In this document: one piece after another, positions 9,514 through 19,417 of the stretch
Layout of the letters: each line of letters starts with the position of its first letter
How positions within the stretch are numbered: position 1 is the stretch's first letter
Source: Polyangiales bacterium
GTDB taxonomy: Bacteria > Myxococcota_A > Polyangia > Polyangiales > Houyiibacteriaceae
Length of the DNA stretch: 64,000 nucleotides
Direction: 5' to 3'
NCBI GenBank assembly: GCA_045106895.1
Contig: JBGCFM010000149.1
Span: forward strand, 1-64,000
The notes under the pieces: generated by a model
The model's database searches: none
Told to the model about the DNA's origin: nothing
Seen by the model: only the letters and a program-made list of their open reading frames with translations
Translations under genes and position numbers: made by a program

Positions 9514-9961
9514 GCCCGAACCTCAAGGAACGCGGACGCAGGACTCCGTCTGAGAATGCCGCGTCTCCCGCGAGTTCATGCTCCCAGGCGATGTCCTGGG
9601 CGCGTGTGTGCAGGTCGAAGGCGTGACGCTTCTGACGTTCCGTGCCTCGCAGCTCCGCATAGAGAGTCCATTGAATCCGCCCTTCGCCGCGCAGGTTAAG
9701 CCAGAAAGCGTGCTGGGTTTGCTTCGCGATTTCCCAGATTCGGCCGGCTATCCGCGCGCTATCGGGCACGGCTTCGTACACGCGTAGCTCACCGATCCCG
9801 TCGGAGCTTTGGCCTGCACCCCAGATTCCCCCTTGGCGAAAGCAAGCGTCGACGAAATCGTTCACCGCAGCGCCGTTGTCACGGGCGATGGTGGAGAGGT
9901 CTGTAATCTCAGGGCCCCAACTCACGAGTAATGATGACCGTTTGAGAGGAGGGGGAACCAT
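9503..9961 (-). CDS. hypothetical protein
   Basis: ORF overlapping both same-strand neighbours; start uncertain; no motif recognised. Confidence 0.5.
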   Translation of the reverse strand: MVPPPLKRSSLLVSWGPEITDLSTIARDNGAAVNDFVDACFRQGGIWGAGQSSDGIGELRVYEAVPDSARIAGRIWEIAKQTQHAFWLNLRGEGRIQWTLYAELRGTERQKRHAFDLHTRAQDIAWEHELAGDAAFSDGVLRPRSLRFGHES

Positions 9962-10580
9962 CCGGCGCGATCACCAAGCTACGCGAGACGAGCTCGTTGC
10001 ACCCTTGATAAAGCGTCACGTCGAGGCGCAGTTCGTCCCGAACGCCGACGAGAACGGGACCGAGCAAGATTCCCTCAAGGGGATCACCAGCGAGCTCTGC
10101 GTCCTGGTGAACGACGGTGTCATTCACCCGAAGCACGGCGCGATCAAACTCCACAAAGGGCTCGTAGTCCGTCCGAAGTGTGGTCCTCAGCTCAAGGGCC
10201 TCCGGTGTGCAGAACAATCCCTCTTGGTCACACGCGGCATCCACGCCGCAGTCTCCTGCGCCGACGTTGCAGACCCCCGCCACACAAAGCGCCTGAGCAC
10301 ATCCACCCGGCGGGGGCTCGGGACAGTCTGAATCCACTTCGCACTGCGGGCATCCCCAGGCGTCCGGCGCGGCGCCATCGAAGAAGCCCGCGTCGGGGAA
10401 TCCGGCGTCTCGAAAACCGGGGCTGTCGCTCTCCCAAGGGCCCAAGTCTGTGAACGGACCGGCGTCGAAGCGACGGGGCGTCGGACCCGGCGTCGGTACT
10501 CCCGGGCCACTCGGCGTACTGTCGATGGTGCGAAAGCAGCCGAGCATCGCGAGACAGAGAACAAGCATCAACAAGCGCAT
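9909..10580 (-). CDS. hypothetical Cys-rich lipoprotein
   Basis: MRLLMLVLCLAMLGC lipobox; DAG repeats; Cys-rich central segment. Confidence 0.65.
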   Translation of the reverse strand: MRLLMLVLCLAMLGCFRTIDSTPSGPGVPTPGPTPRRFDAGPFTDLGPWESDSPGFRDAGFPDAGFFDGAAPDAWGCPQCEVDSDCPEPPPGGCAQALCVAGVCNVGAGDCGVDAACDQEGLFCTPEALELRTTLRTDYEPFVEFDRAVLRVNDTVVHQDAELAGDPLEGILLGPVLVGVRDELRLDVTLYQGCNELVSRSLVIAPDGSPSSQTVIITRELGP

Positions 10581-10617
10581 GCCGAGCACCATAGCCGATT
10601 CGTGGTATGGACGCGTC

Positions 10618-11874
10618 ATGGCTCAAAACGACTCTCCCCTCGCCACCGTCGACGCGGACATCGCTTCCCTTATCTCCCAGGAGAACGTGCGGCAGCACGA
10701 GAAGCTACGCCTCGTTCCCAGCGAAAACTACGCCTACCCCGCCGTTCAGGAGGCCTGCGGAAGCGTCCTCAACAACAAGTACTCCGAGGGGTACGCCAAA
10801 AAGCGCTACTACGAAGGCCAGCAGCTCATCGACCAGGTCGAGCTCCTCGCCATCGAGCGCCTCAAGTCCGTATTCGGCTGCGAGCACGCGAACGTTCAGC
10901 CCTACTCCGGCAGCCCCGCCAACCTCGCCGTGTACTTTGCGTTCTGCAAGCCCGGCGACCCGGTCCTTGGCCTCGGCTTGCCCAGCGGCGGCCACCTGAC
11001 GCACGGCTGGAAGGTCAGCATCTCCGGCAAGTACTTCGACGCCAAGCAGTACGGCGTCAGCGAGAAAGATCACCGCATCGACTACGACGAGGTCGCCCGC
11101 CTCGCCAAGGAGCATAAACCGAAGGTCCTCTTCTGCGGCACCACGGCCTACCCTCGCGAACTCGACTTCCCGCGTTTCCGGCAAATCGCCGAAGACGTCG
11201 GCGCAGTCCTCGTCGCAGACATCGCCCACATCTCCGGGCTCGTCGCCGCGGGCGTTCACTCCAGCCCCGTCGGACACGCCGAGGTGATCACCAGCACCAC
11301 ACACAAGACATTTCGCGGCCCACGCGGCGGCATGATCCTCTGCGACAAGAAGCACGCGAAGGCCATCGATCGCGCTGTGTTCCCAGGTCTCCAAGGCGGC
11401 CCCCACAACGGCACCACCGCGGGCATCGCCATCGCAGCAAAGCTCGCCGCCACGGACGAGTTCAAGGTCTACGCACATCGCGTCGTCGACAGCGCAAAGG
11501 CCCTCGCAGAGACCTTGCTCTCGCGCGACATCAACCTCGTCACCGGCGGCACCGACAACCACCTCATCCTCTGTGATCTCACGAGCCGCGGCACCCCGGG
11601 CAAGGTCGCAGCGCAGGCCCTCGACCGCGCGGGCATCGTTTGCAACTACAACTCTGTTCCCTTCGACACGCGCAAGCCCTTCGACCCGAGCGGACTCCGC
11701 ATCGGGACGCCAGCGATGGCGGCGCGCGGCATGGGAGCAGACGAGATGAAGGCCGTTGGTGGGTGGATCGCCGACGTGATCCAAGCGCCCGAGGATGATG
11801 CGCTCATCGAGCGAATCGCCGGGGAGGTCAAAGCGCTCTGCGACCAGTTCCCCGCGCCCGGCGTGACGCTCTAG
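10618..11874 (+). CDS. glyA: serine hydroxymethyltransferase
   Basis: LVPSEN, NKYSEGY...RYYEG, ANVQPYSGS, GGHLTHG, PLP-lysine motif TSTTHKTFRGPRGG. Confidence 0.98.
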   Translation: MAQNDSPLATVDADIASLISQENVRQHEKLRLVPSENYAYPAVQEACGSVLNNKYSEGYAKKRYYEGQQLIDQVELLAIERLKSVFGCEHANVQPYSGSPANLAVYFAFCKPGDPVLGLGLPSGGHLTHGWKVSISGKYFDAKQYGVSEKDHRIDYDEVARLAKEHKPKVLFCGTTAYPRELDFPRFRQIAEDVGAVLVADIAHISGLVAAGVHSSPVGHAEVITSTTHKTFRGPRGGMILCDKKHAKAIDRAVFPGLQGGPHNGTTAGIAIAAKLAATDEFKVYAHRVVDSAKALAETLLSRDINLVTGGTDNHLILCDLTSRGTPGKVAAQALDRAGIVCNYNSVPFDTRKPFDPSGLRIGTPAMAARGMGADEMKAVGGWIADVIQAPEDDALIERIAGEVKALCDQFPAPGVTL

Positions 11875-11922
11875 CGATTGTTCTCGGCCGCGTGCGCGTG
11901 TTCGCATCCGAGGAGCTGTCAG

Positions 11923-13122
11923 CTAACGAATCCGGTGCACGTAGGGGCTTTGTCGCAAGACGATGCCCTGCTGCGGCGTGAGCATCTCCGATGTGATCTC
12001 GTCCACGAGAGGGAACATCAGGTTTGCGCCCGAATCGTCCGTATCTTCCAGGTTGTCGTCCAGGTCGAAGCCGGGCTGAGTCACGTGCATCAACCCCAAA
12101 AAGTGACCAACCTCGTGCGCCATGATGAGCGTCCACTCATCGGGAAAGTCCTCCAGCAGCGAGGTCCCGATGATCACGGACTCACCGCGAGACGCAAACA
12201 CGCCGGGGATCCCCGGTGCGAACCCGCCGATGGCGTCCCCGATGTTCTGACGCTGCCCGCCGCCGAGGTCCACCAAGCACGAGAACCCGCGGAGCATCAC
12301 GATGGGCACATATCCGGGATTCACCACGACGTGGCGGCCGATGTCGCGGAACGCCGCCGTGGGGTCACAGGTGTCGCGGGCGAGCGCGGCGGACACGGGC
12401 AGGCCTGGGATGTCCTCAACGATCACCTCACGAACGCGCACGTTCTGCTGGGCAAAGATCTGGTCGATGGTCGCAAGCGCTCCCATCAGGTCGTTGTTGT
12501 CGAGGGCCGTGTCCGCCTCGAAGCCCGAGTTGGGACCGAGGAGAATCTGCAGATCAAGAGCGCCCTCCATCACCGCCTCCACCCGGCCAAATAGCTTGGC
12601 GTGAATGGGCGCCGGCGTGCGCGCGCGTGACGTGCGAAAATCTCCTGGCCCGGAAATGATCTCGACGTCGAAGGTCGTGAGGGTGATCTCCCAACGTCCC
12701 TCTTCCAGCTCTGTGCTCGCGTTGTTCGGGTATCGAAACGACGCGTCGCCGAGGCGCGCGAAGGTGACGTTGTCGGCCATGGCGGACTCGGGAAAACCGC
12801 GCGTCAACACCGCCTCGCGTGAGTTGTACATGCCGTCGGGCAACGGCACGTGGCGCTCGCCACTGGGGCTAAGAATGCTGGTGATCTGAACGACGTACTC
12901 TGGCAGGGTCACCGCCGCGATCTCGATGCTCGAGGCGCTCTCGGGCACGTCGAACGTCAGAGTCATGGACCCCGTCTCCGTGAGCTCGCGGGTGTCCTCC
13001 GCAAGAAGGACAAACCCATCCGGAAGAGGCCGCGCAGCGCTCCACTCCTCAAAGGAGGGCATGCCCGACTCGTCGTCGCCGCACGCCAACACCAAGAGCA
13101 CGAAGACAAGAGTTCGTTTCAT
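11923..13122 (-). CDS. lipoprotein zinc metalloprotease (metzincin, M43-like), paralog 1
   Basis: Lipobox VLACG; HEVGHFLGLMH zinc motif; Met-turn NLMFP. Confidence 0.8.
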   Translation of the reverse strand: MKRTLVFVLLVLACGDDESGMPSFEEWSAARPLPDGFVLLAEDTRELTETGSMTLTFDVPESASSIEIAAVTLPEYVVQITSILSPSGERHVPLPDGMYNSREAVLTRGFPESAMADNVTFARLGDASFRYPNNASTELEEGRWEITLTTFDVEIISGPGDFRTSRARTPAPIHAKLFGRVEAVMEGALDLQILLGPNSGFEADTALDNNDLMGALATIDQIFAQQNVRVREVIVEDIPGLPVSAALARDTCDPTAAFRDIGRHVVVNPGYVPIVMLRGFSCLVDLGGGQRQNIGDAIGGFAPGIPGVFASRGESVIIGTSLLEDFPDEWTLIMAHEVGHFLGLMHVTQPGFDLDDNLEDTDDSGANLMFPLVDEITSEMLTPQQGIVLRQSPYVHRIR

Positions 13123-13130
13123 AAAGTTCC

Positions 13131-14345
13131 TCAAGGGGTCACCGGCTGCACATAAGGGCTCTGGCGAATCACCGTTCCCTGCATGTCCGTCAAAAATGGC
13201 GCAAAGATCTCGTAGGCGGCGGGGTGCATGATGTTGTTGTTGTCCCCCTCGGTATCGACGAGATTGTCATCGAGGTTGAGCCCTAGCTGCACCGTGTGCA
13301 TGAGCCCGAGGAAGTGACCGACCTCGTGGGCCAACACCACCGACCAGATGTCCGGGAAGCGCCGAAGGAGCTCCGTGGACACGACGAGGGCCTCGCCTTC
13401 CGTGGAAAACACACCCGGGATCCCTGGCGAGAAGCCGCCGATGCCTTGACCTTGGTTTGTGATCTGTCCCCCCGCAGAGCGCACCTGACAGAGGAAGCCA
13501 CCGATCATGGCGATGGGGATGTAGCCGGGGCGTACCGAAGCTTGTCCGGCAATATCGCGCACCACTTCGCTCGGGTCGCACGTCTCCGGGACGAGCGCAG
13601 CGCGCGTAGGAAAGCTCGGGACGTCCTCGAAGAAGATGTCTCGGACGCGAACGTTCTGCCGTGAATAGACGCGGTCGATCACCGCGAGCGCGCTCGCCAT
13701 CACCTCGTCCGACGGCGCCGTCGCAGCGCTAAAACCGGTACCAGGACCGAGAAGAACATGAAGGTCGATGACGCCTTCCTCGATGGCCCCCGTCCGCGCG
13801 AAGGCCTTCACATGGAGAGTGTCAGAGACCCGCTGACGCCTCGCGCTGAGCACACGAAACTCGGGGTCTCGCACGAGGTCCACGTCGAAGGAGGTAACGG
13901 TAACGGACCACGCGCCCGGCTGGAGCGTCGTGAAGGCGTCGTTGGGGAAACGAAAGCCTGCGCTTCCGCGACGAGGAATCGTCGGGTTCTGCGCCTGATG
14001 CGCTTCGAGGAACGCCTCCGTCACGTACGAGCGAGGGTCGCTGAACGTGGCGTCCTCCAGCGGCACGTGGACCTCGCCCGTTGGCGAGCGTATCGAGGTC
14101 ACCTGCAGGTAAAGATCCGAGCGGGTTGCAGCGTTGATCTCAATGCTCGTGGCGCCCTCGGGCAGTTCGAAGGCGAGGGTCAGCGAGCCGTTGTCCGCCG
14201 CCTCGCGCGTGTCCTCGCCGAGAAGAACGAACCCTTCGGGCCGTGGGTGCGTCGCGCTCCACTCTGCGAAAGGCGGAGGCGGATCCGCGGGTGGCCCGCA
14301 GGCGACGAGCGTAACGAGGAGGCCGAGTTCAAGAAGACGCCGCAC
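13131..14345 (-). CDS. lipoprotein zinc metalloprotease (metzincin, M43-like), paralog 2
   Basis: Lipobox LVACG; HEVGHFLGLMH; NIMHP; colinear with paralog 1; GTG start inferred. Confidence 0.8.
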   Translation of the reverse strand: MRRLLELGLLVTLVACGPPADPPPPFAEWSATHPRPEGFVLLGEDTREAADNGSLTLAFELPEGATSIEINAATRSDLYLQVTSIRSPTGEVHVPLEDATFSDPRSYVTEAFLEAHQAQNPTIPRRGSAGFRFPNDAFTTLQPGAWSVTVTSFDVDLVRDPEFRVLSARRQRVSDTLHVKAFARTGAIEEGVIDLHVLLGPGTGFSAATAPSDEVMASALAVIDRVYSRQNVRVRDIFFEDVPSFPTRAALVPETCDPSEVVRDIAGQASVRPGYIPIAMIGGFLCQVRSAGGQITNQGQGIGGFSPGIPGVFSTEGEALVVSTELLRRFPDIWSVVLAHEVGHFLGLMHTVQLGLNLDDNLVDTEGDNNNIMHPAAYEIFAPFLTDMQGTVIRQSPYVQPVTP

Positions 14346-14389
14346 AACCAAGCGTCGCACGGCTCTGCGCGTCACGCCACGGCGAGGAT

Positions 14390-15823
14390 CTATTCGACGC
14401 TGGCGGGCGGCATGCCCTGAGCCACGGTCCAGCCGTAGCTTCCCGTACGGCCCGCGCGACGCGTCGTCGTGGTGCCTTCTACGCCGGCTCCCTGGGTCAT
14501 AATGGTGAACTCGTCGGCGGTATACTCGCGGTGGGTATCGCCGCTTGGCGTCTCGTAGCCGTCTGGGGCGGCGCCGCCCGTTCCGACGCGCCACGTCTGC
14601 GTCGTTGGCGGGTAGCGATCCTGGCTTGTTTCGCGACGCATTACGCGGGTGCGTACGTCCTCGATGATGCGGTAACGCGAAACAACAAACCCCGGGACGC
14701 CTCGCTGCGTCAGCACCCGGACGCCGGTGGGGTATGAGTCGTCTTCGATGACTCGCTCTTCGAAGGGCAAGAACTCATCGATGCGCCGGACGAACTGGAC
14801 GCGCGCATAACGCGCATCGCCATAGAGCTGTGCGACGGCTCGGCCGCCCTCGATGCGCATGCGTACGAGCACTGGGGTCTCGCGGTTGTTGCGCATTCGG
14901 AAGTTCAGGTTCGGATAAGAAACCGCGGCATCGAGCCCCAGCTTGATGTACGAGCTCGGCCGCGAATGGGGGTGTCGCTCCGTGATTTCTAGGCCAGCGA
15001 AGAACGCCGCCGCGTGAAGCGTGCCGGCGTTCTGGCAGGCGCCGCCGCCGACGCCGTCGACGAGTTCGCCGCCGGCGATCACTGTGGCAGGCCGGAAGCC
15101 TTCCGCGAGCGAGCGCTCGCCGACGATTTCGTTGTAGTCGAACTCCTCGCCGGGAAAGAGGACCACGCCGTCGATCTTTGCCGCCGCGACGCGAAGGTTG
15201 TGCGTACGCTCTGCGGCATCGCCGCTGCCGTTATACGGAGTCTCGAACTCCCCGAGGAGAGTGTCGAAGGAGAGCCCCTCGAAGTCCGTGGCCTGGCGGT
15301 GGGCGCCCGTGCGCTGGACGACGACATCAAACGACTCCGCGTTCGCGAGGGCGCGGCGCTGCGCCTCCAGCGTCGCCCAAACATCCACAGCGACGCCTTC
15401 CTGCTCCGCGACGACTTCGCCGCTTGTGGGGTCGACGCGTGCGCTCAACGCGGGCCGGTCGTGATCTCGCTTGAGGGCCAGGAGCCAGGGCGTGGCGCGC
15501 TCCGCGGCGATGTCCACGGGTGCCGCGACGCGAACCTCGGCTTGCCGCGTCTCTCCCTCGAGGAGTCGCGCGAGACGCGTGCGGTTTACGGACGCACCCA
15601 GCTCGGCCCATGTCTTTGTCGTCGAGTCTTCGAAGTAGCGAACATTCACGGGCCGCGCCTCGATGGCGTCGGCGAGGTCCGCTGCGCTCATCCCCGGCGC
15701 GACCTCTACTCCGCCCACAAAGAGACGTGAACTTTCGTCCGCCGCCGCCGGAGGAACGAAGGAGAGAAGGAGCCCGAAGGACAAAAGACCCGACAAAACA
15801 CCGAAGACTCGAAACACGCGCAT
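14390..15823 (-). CDS. VanW family protein
   Basis: RTHNLRVAAAKIDG, GGGACQ, ERHPHS and GLDAAVSY motifs; signal peptide; G5-like C-terminal region. Confidence 0.9.
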   Translation of the reverse strand: MRVFRVFGVLSGLLSFGLLLSFVPPAAADESSRLFVGGVEVAPGMSAADLADAIEARPVNVRYFEDSTTKTWAELGASVNRTRLARLLEGETRQAEVRVAAPVDIAAERATPWLLALKRDHDRPALSARVDPTSGEVVAEQEGVAVDVWATLEAQRRALANAESFDVVVQRTGAHRQATDFEGLSFDTLLGEFETPYNGSGDAAERTHNLRVAAAKIDGVVLFPGEEFDYNEIVGERSLAEGFRPATVIAGGELVDGVGGGACQNAGTLHAAAFFAGLEITERHPHSRPSSYIKLGLDAAVSYPNLNFRMRNNRETPVLVRMRIEGGRAVAQLYGDARYARVQFVRRIDEFLPFEERVIEDDSYPTGVRVLTQRGVPGFVVSRYRIIEDVRTRVMRRETSQDRYPPTTQTWRVGTGGAAPDGYETPSGDTHREYTADEFTIMTQGAGVEGTTTTRRAGRTGSYGWTVAQGMPPASVE

Positions 15824-15896
15824 CCGTCGACACTCCGTCGCATCGCGTTTTCGGTCAAAATTTCAGCCTTTCGCGCCTCGGCCCTATAGTCCCGCC

Positions 15897-17078
15897 ATGT
15901 CCCTCCAGGGAAAAAACGTCCTCGTCGGCATGGGTGGTGGAATCGCGGCCTTCAAAGCCGTTGGTGTTGTGCGGGAGCTTCAGCGCCAAGGGGCCCGCGT
16001 GAAAGTCATGATGACAGAGGCGGCGACGCGCTTTGTTGGACCGATGACGCTCGCAGGTATCACGGGCGACTCTCCTGCAACGGACCTCTGGGACCCTCAT
16101 TACGCCGGGGAGGTCCACGTGGAGCTCGCTGCATGGGCAGATATCATCGTCATCGCACCCGCCACCATGAACCTCATGGCGCGGACCGCCGGCGGCCAAG
16201 CCAACGATGTCGTCTTGGCAACGCTGGCCTGTCGAAAGAGCCCAGTGGTATTCGCGCCGGCAATGCACACGCAGATGTGGGGCTCTCCAGCGACCCAGCG
16301 AAACGTTGCGCTCCTCGAAGGTGACGGTGTGCTCTTTGCCGGCCCCGTGTCCGGCCCCCTCGCCAGCGGCGAAGAAGGTCATGGACGCATGGCGGAGCCC
16401 GAAGACATCGTCGCCCGGGTAGCCAGCGCCATGGCCCCAAGAGATTTCGCCGGTCGCCGCGTGCTCATCACGGCGGGGCCAACCCTCGAAGACCTGGATC
16501 CCGTTCGCTTTCTTGGAAACCGGTCCACCGGCAAGATGGGCTACGCGCTCGCGCGCGCCGCAGCGACGCGTGGCGCCGAAGTCGTTCTCGTTAGCGGTCC
16601 GACGAACCTCGCGACCCCTGCCGACTGCCGCCGTGTTGATGTGCGCTCCGCGCGAGAAATGCAGGCCGCCGTCACGGGGGAAGAAGCAGACCTCATCTTC
16701 ATGGCAGCCGCCGTCGCCGACTACCGACCGGCGTCCCGGGCGGAGCAAAAAATCAAGAAGAGCAAGGGTCCCGCCACCGTGGAGCTCGTGCGAAACCCCG
16801 ACATCCTCCTGGAGCTGGGCACCAGCCGCAGCGGACGCCGCCCCGTGCTCGTGGGCTTCGCCCTGGAGACAGAGAACGTTATCGAGAACGCTCGCTCCAA
16901 GCTTCAGCGCAAGCAAGTCGACCTGATCGTCGCGAATCACGCGTCCGACGCCTTTGGCAAAGATACGAACGTGGCCACATTGGTCGGCGCCGACGACGAG
17001 ATCGCGCTAGGGCAGCTCGGTAAGGACGCCCTCGCTCATCGCATCATGGATCGGGCCCTGCTCTTCTTCCGGAGCTAG
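15897..17078 (+). CDS. coaBC: phosphopantothenoylcysteine decarboxylase/synthetase
   Basis: GGIAAFK, APATMN, APAMHTQM, GRMAEP, TAGPT..DPVRFLGNRSTGKMG, AAVADY. Confidence 0.97.
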   Translation: MSLQGKNVLVGMGGGIAAFKAVGVVRELQRQGARVKVMMTEAATRFVGPMTLAGITGDSPATDLWDPHYAGEVHVELAAWADIIVIAPATMNLMARTAGGQANDVVLATLACRKSPVVFAPAMHTQMWGSPATQRNVALLEGDGVLFAGPVSGPLASGEEGHGRMAEPEDIVARVASAMAPRDFAGRRVLITAGPTLEDLDPVRFLGNRSTGKMGYALARAAATRGAEVVLVSGPTNLATPADCRRVDVRSAREMQAAVTGEEADLIFMAAAVADYRPASRAEQKIKKSKGPATVELVRNPDILLELGTSRSGRRPVLVGFALETENVIENARSKLQRKQVDLIVANHASDAFGKDTNVATLVGADDEIALGQLGKDALAHRIMDRALLFFRS

Positions 17079-17139
17079 GGCGAAACTCTTTCACCGCGAC
17101 GCTTGTATTGTCCCTCGCCCCTGACGACACTGGAATGGC

Positions 17140-18165
17140 ATGAGTGAGCACCCCACGGGCCGTCCAACGGTCATGAACTTGATCGGTGCGCACATCGACG
17201 GCCGCTACGTCCTCGAGTCCCTTCTCGGTGAAGGCGGGATGGGCGCCGTCTATCGCGCCACGGACCTGCAGACCCAAAGCGCCGTCGCGGTCAAAGTCCT
17301 CCTCGAGGAACTCGGCGATGACGCCGAGATTCGTGAGCGCTTCGAGCGAGAGGCACGGGCCCTCTTCGGCCTGTCGCATCCCAATATTCTCGGAGTCCAC
17401 GACTTCGGCCTCGTCGATGGCCGCCCCTACCTTGTCATGGACCTGCTTGAAGGCGGAACCCTCGATGAGCTGCTCGAAGAGCAAGGGACCCTGTCTCTTG
17501 CCGCAGCACGCCCTCTTTTTCGCGACCTTCTGGAGGGGCTCGCCTTCGCACACGCTCAAGGCGCCGTGCATCGAGACCTCAAGAGCGAGAACGTGCACGT
17601 CGGAACCAAAGAAAACCCGAAGGTCACCATCTTGGACTTTGGCCTGGTGAAGTTCACCGACGACGAACGCTGGGGCGCGGGTCACAAGCTCACGATGATG
17701 GGATCCGTCTTCGGCACCCCCGCTTATATGTCTCCGGAGCAATGCACCGGCGCACAGACCGACGCCCGCAGCGATGTCTACGCCGCCGGCGTCATTCTCT
17801 TCGAGATCCTGACCGGCGAGTGGCCCTTCATGAAAGAGACCCGCCTCGAGATGTTCAAGGCGCAGCTCATGGAAACGCCGCCAAACGTCAGCGAGTACCT
17901 CTCGCAGCCCGCTCCTGGACTCGATGAATACGTCGCGCGGTGTCTTGAAAAGCTTCCCGAGAAGCGCTTTGCGAACGCGGGAGAGATGCTTGCCGCCCTT
18001 CCCGACGGCACCGGCCCAATCGCCGCACCCGCCGCAACCCCCGCGCCAAACGCAGCGATGGCACCTGCGCCCGCTGCGCCTTCCGGGATGATGAAATGGA
18101 TCATCGCCGGCGGCGCGCTCGTCGTACTGGTCCTGGTTTTGGTCGCCTTTCTTATTCTGCGCTGA
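17140..18165 (+). CDS. Ser/Thr protein kinase with C-terminal membrane anchor
   Basis: GEGGMGAVY, VAVK, HRDLKSEN, DFG, GTPAYMSPE; hydrophobic C-terminus. Confidence 0.95.
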   Translation: MSEHPTGRPTVMNLIGAHIDGRYVLESLLGEGGMGAVYRATDLQTQSAVAVKVLLEELGDDAEIRERFEREARALFGLSHPNILGVHDFGLVDGRPYLVMDLLEGGTLDELLEEQGTLSLAAARPLFRDLLEGLAFAHAQGAVHRDLKSENVHVGTKENPKVTILDFGLVKFTDDERWGAGHKLTMMGSVFGTPAYMSPEQCTGAQTDARSDVYAAGVILFEILTGEWPFMKETRLEMFKAQLMETPPNVSEYLSQPAPGLDEYVARCLEKLPEKRFANAGEMLAALPDGTGPIAAPAATPAPNAAMAPAPAAPSGMMKWIIAGGALVVLVLVLVAFLILR

Positions 18166-18659
18166 TGCCCACGCTCGCTCAGCTCTTCGTGAGTGGGCAC
18201 CCGAGCGCCGAGGAGCAATTCAACGCGCTGTGCGCCACCTTCGCTCTGCGCCTTGAGCCCGACCATGAAGGCGCGCTTCTCACTGGCGCCTTCGTCGAAC
18301 GTCGACCCGTCCCCTCGTCCCAGTATGTGGAGCTCGCACGTAGCTGGGAGCAATTCGACCGCGCCTTCGCGCCGGCGGAGCCAAGGGAGCACAGCTACGC
18401 GCTAGGCCAGCTGGCGTGCTTCGTAGAGCGTTCGTGCATCGCGGGCGACCTCGGCGACCACGTGCTTTTTATCGTCGAACGAGATACCGCCCCCGACATT
18501 CTCGTCAGCCTCGGCGACGACGCCTGGGACGACTGGCTCGCCACTCTGCAGCGCACACGCGCGGACGGCAGCGTCGCCGCCCTACGACTTAGAGAACACC
18601 TTCAACGGGACCCGCGCCTTCGCGCACAAGCTCCGGAACCGGACCTGTCAGGTCAATGA
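18165..18659 (+). CDS. hypothetical protein
   Basis: TGATG coupling to the kinase; 3' end overlaps the convergent Sua5 gene by about 70 nt. Confidence 0.55.
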   Translation: MPTLAQLFVSGHPSAEEQFNALCATFALRLEPDHEGALLTGAFVERRPVPSSQYVELARSWEQFDRAFAPAEPREHSYALGQLACFVERSCIAGDLGDHVLFIVERDTAPDILVSLGDDAWDDWLATLQRTRADGSVAALRLREHLQRDPRLRAQAPEPDLSGQ

Positions 18660-19191
18660 TCGTGGAGGGGTCGAGTGCGCCCCAGCCCGCGTCGATGACG
18701 AAGTCGATTTGCTTGAAGCGTTCCAGGATCACGTCGGGGTCGTTAAGCTGCTCGCCTTCCCAGGTGCACGACGTGGACACGATGGGGTTGCCGAGCTCTC
18801 GCACGATGTCCAAGGCGATCTCATGGTGAGGAACACGAATACCGACGGTCTTTCGCTTCATCATCATGATCTTCGGGACTTCTCGCGTCGCCTGAAGAAT
18901 GAACGTGTAGGGCCCCGGCAGAAGGCGACGCATGATGCGGTAGGCGCGGTCGTCGACGACGGCGTATCGCGCGATGTCCCCCAGGTCCGGGCAAACGAAG
19001 GCCATGGGCTGGTCCTTCTTCATGCGCTTCATCTGCTTGATTTTGTCGATGGTCTTCTTCGCGAAGATATCGCAGCCGATCCCGTACACCGTGTCCGTCG
19101 GATAAGCGATGCTCGCGCCTCGCTTTAGGCCGTCGACGACCTGCTTAATCTTACGAGGTTCCGGGTGAGTGGGGTGAATCTCAAGACGCAT
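18589..19191 (-). CDS. Sua5/YciO/YrdC family protein (threonylcarbamoyl-AMP synthase-like)
   Basis: YPTDTVYGIGC, LLPGPYTFIL, TVGIRVP, PIVSTS, PSTIIDL, REGAG. Confidence 0.95.
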   Translation of the reverse strand: MRLEIHPTHPEPRKIKQVVDGLKRGASIAYPTDTVYGIGCDIFAKKTIDKIKQMKRMKKDQPMAFVCPDLGDIARYAVVDDRAYRIMRRLLPGPYTFILQATREVPKIMMMKRKTVGIRVPHHEIALDIVRELGNPIVSTSCTWEGEQLNDPDVILERFKQIDFVIDAGWGALDPSTIIDLTGPVPELVREGAGPVEGVL

Positions 19192-19305
19192 GGCCGGCTT
19201 CCTACCGGCTTTCCGCAAACCTTCAAGCGGACGCCGCCAAGATCGAGCGCCGGCGGTGATCAAGGCGAAGCGCAGAGCGAAAGCGGACTCCCCCGAAACA
19301 CCCCG

Positions 19306-19408
19306 GATTCTTCGTCCAGCGCGTCGTGATCAAGGAGCCGGCGGCGAGGGCATCTGTGGATGCCGAGCCGCCGAGTGACGCGGAGCACGGCGTGCTGGGC
19401 GGAGAATC
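19306..19408. repeat. 103-bp palindromic dispersed repeat, copy 1
   Basis: GATTCTTCGTCCAGCGCGTCGTG...GGCATCTGTGGATGCC...CACGGCGTGCTGGGCGGAGAATC; second copy at 21828-21930. Confidence 0.9.
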
Positions 19409-19417
19409 ACCGGAGAA

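Noticed and set aside
10705..11907. Long antisense ORFs (e.g. 10705..11907, 15855..16940, 23341..24501, 54072..55121)
   Set aside because: Shadows of well-supported genes on the other strand, expected from GC3 bias; no motifs.
14390..15823. Vancomycin-resistance locus
   Set aside because: VanW-domain proteins are widespread, and no vanHAX or vanRS genes are present.
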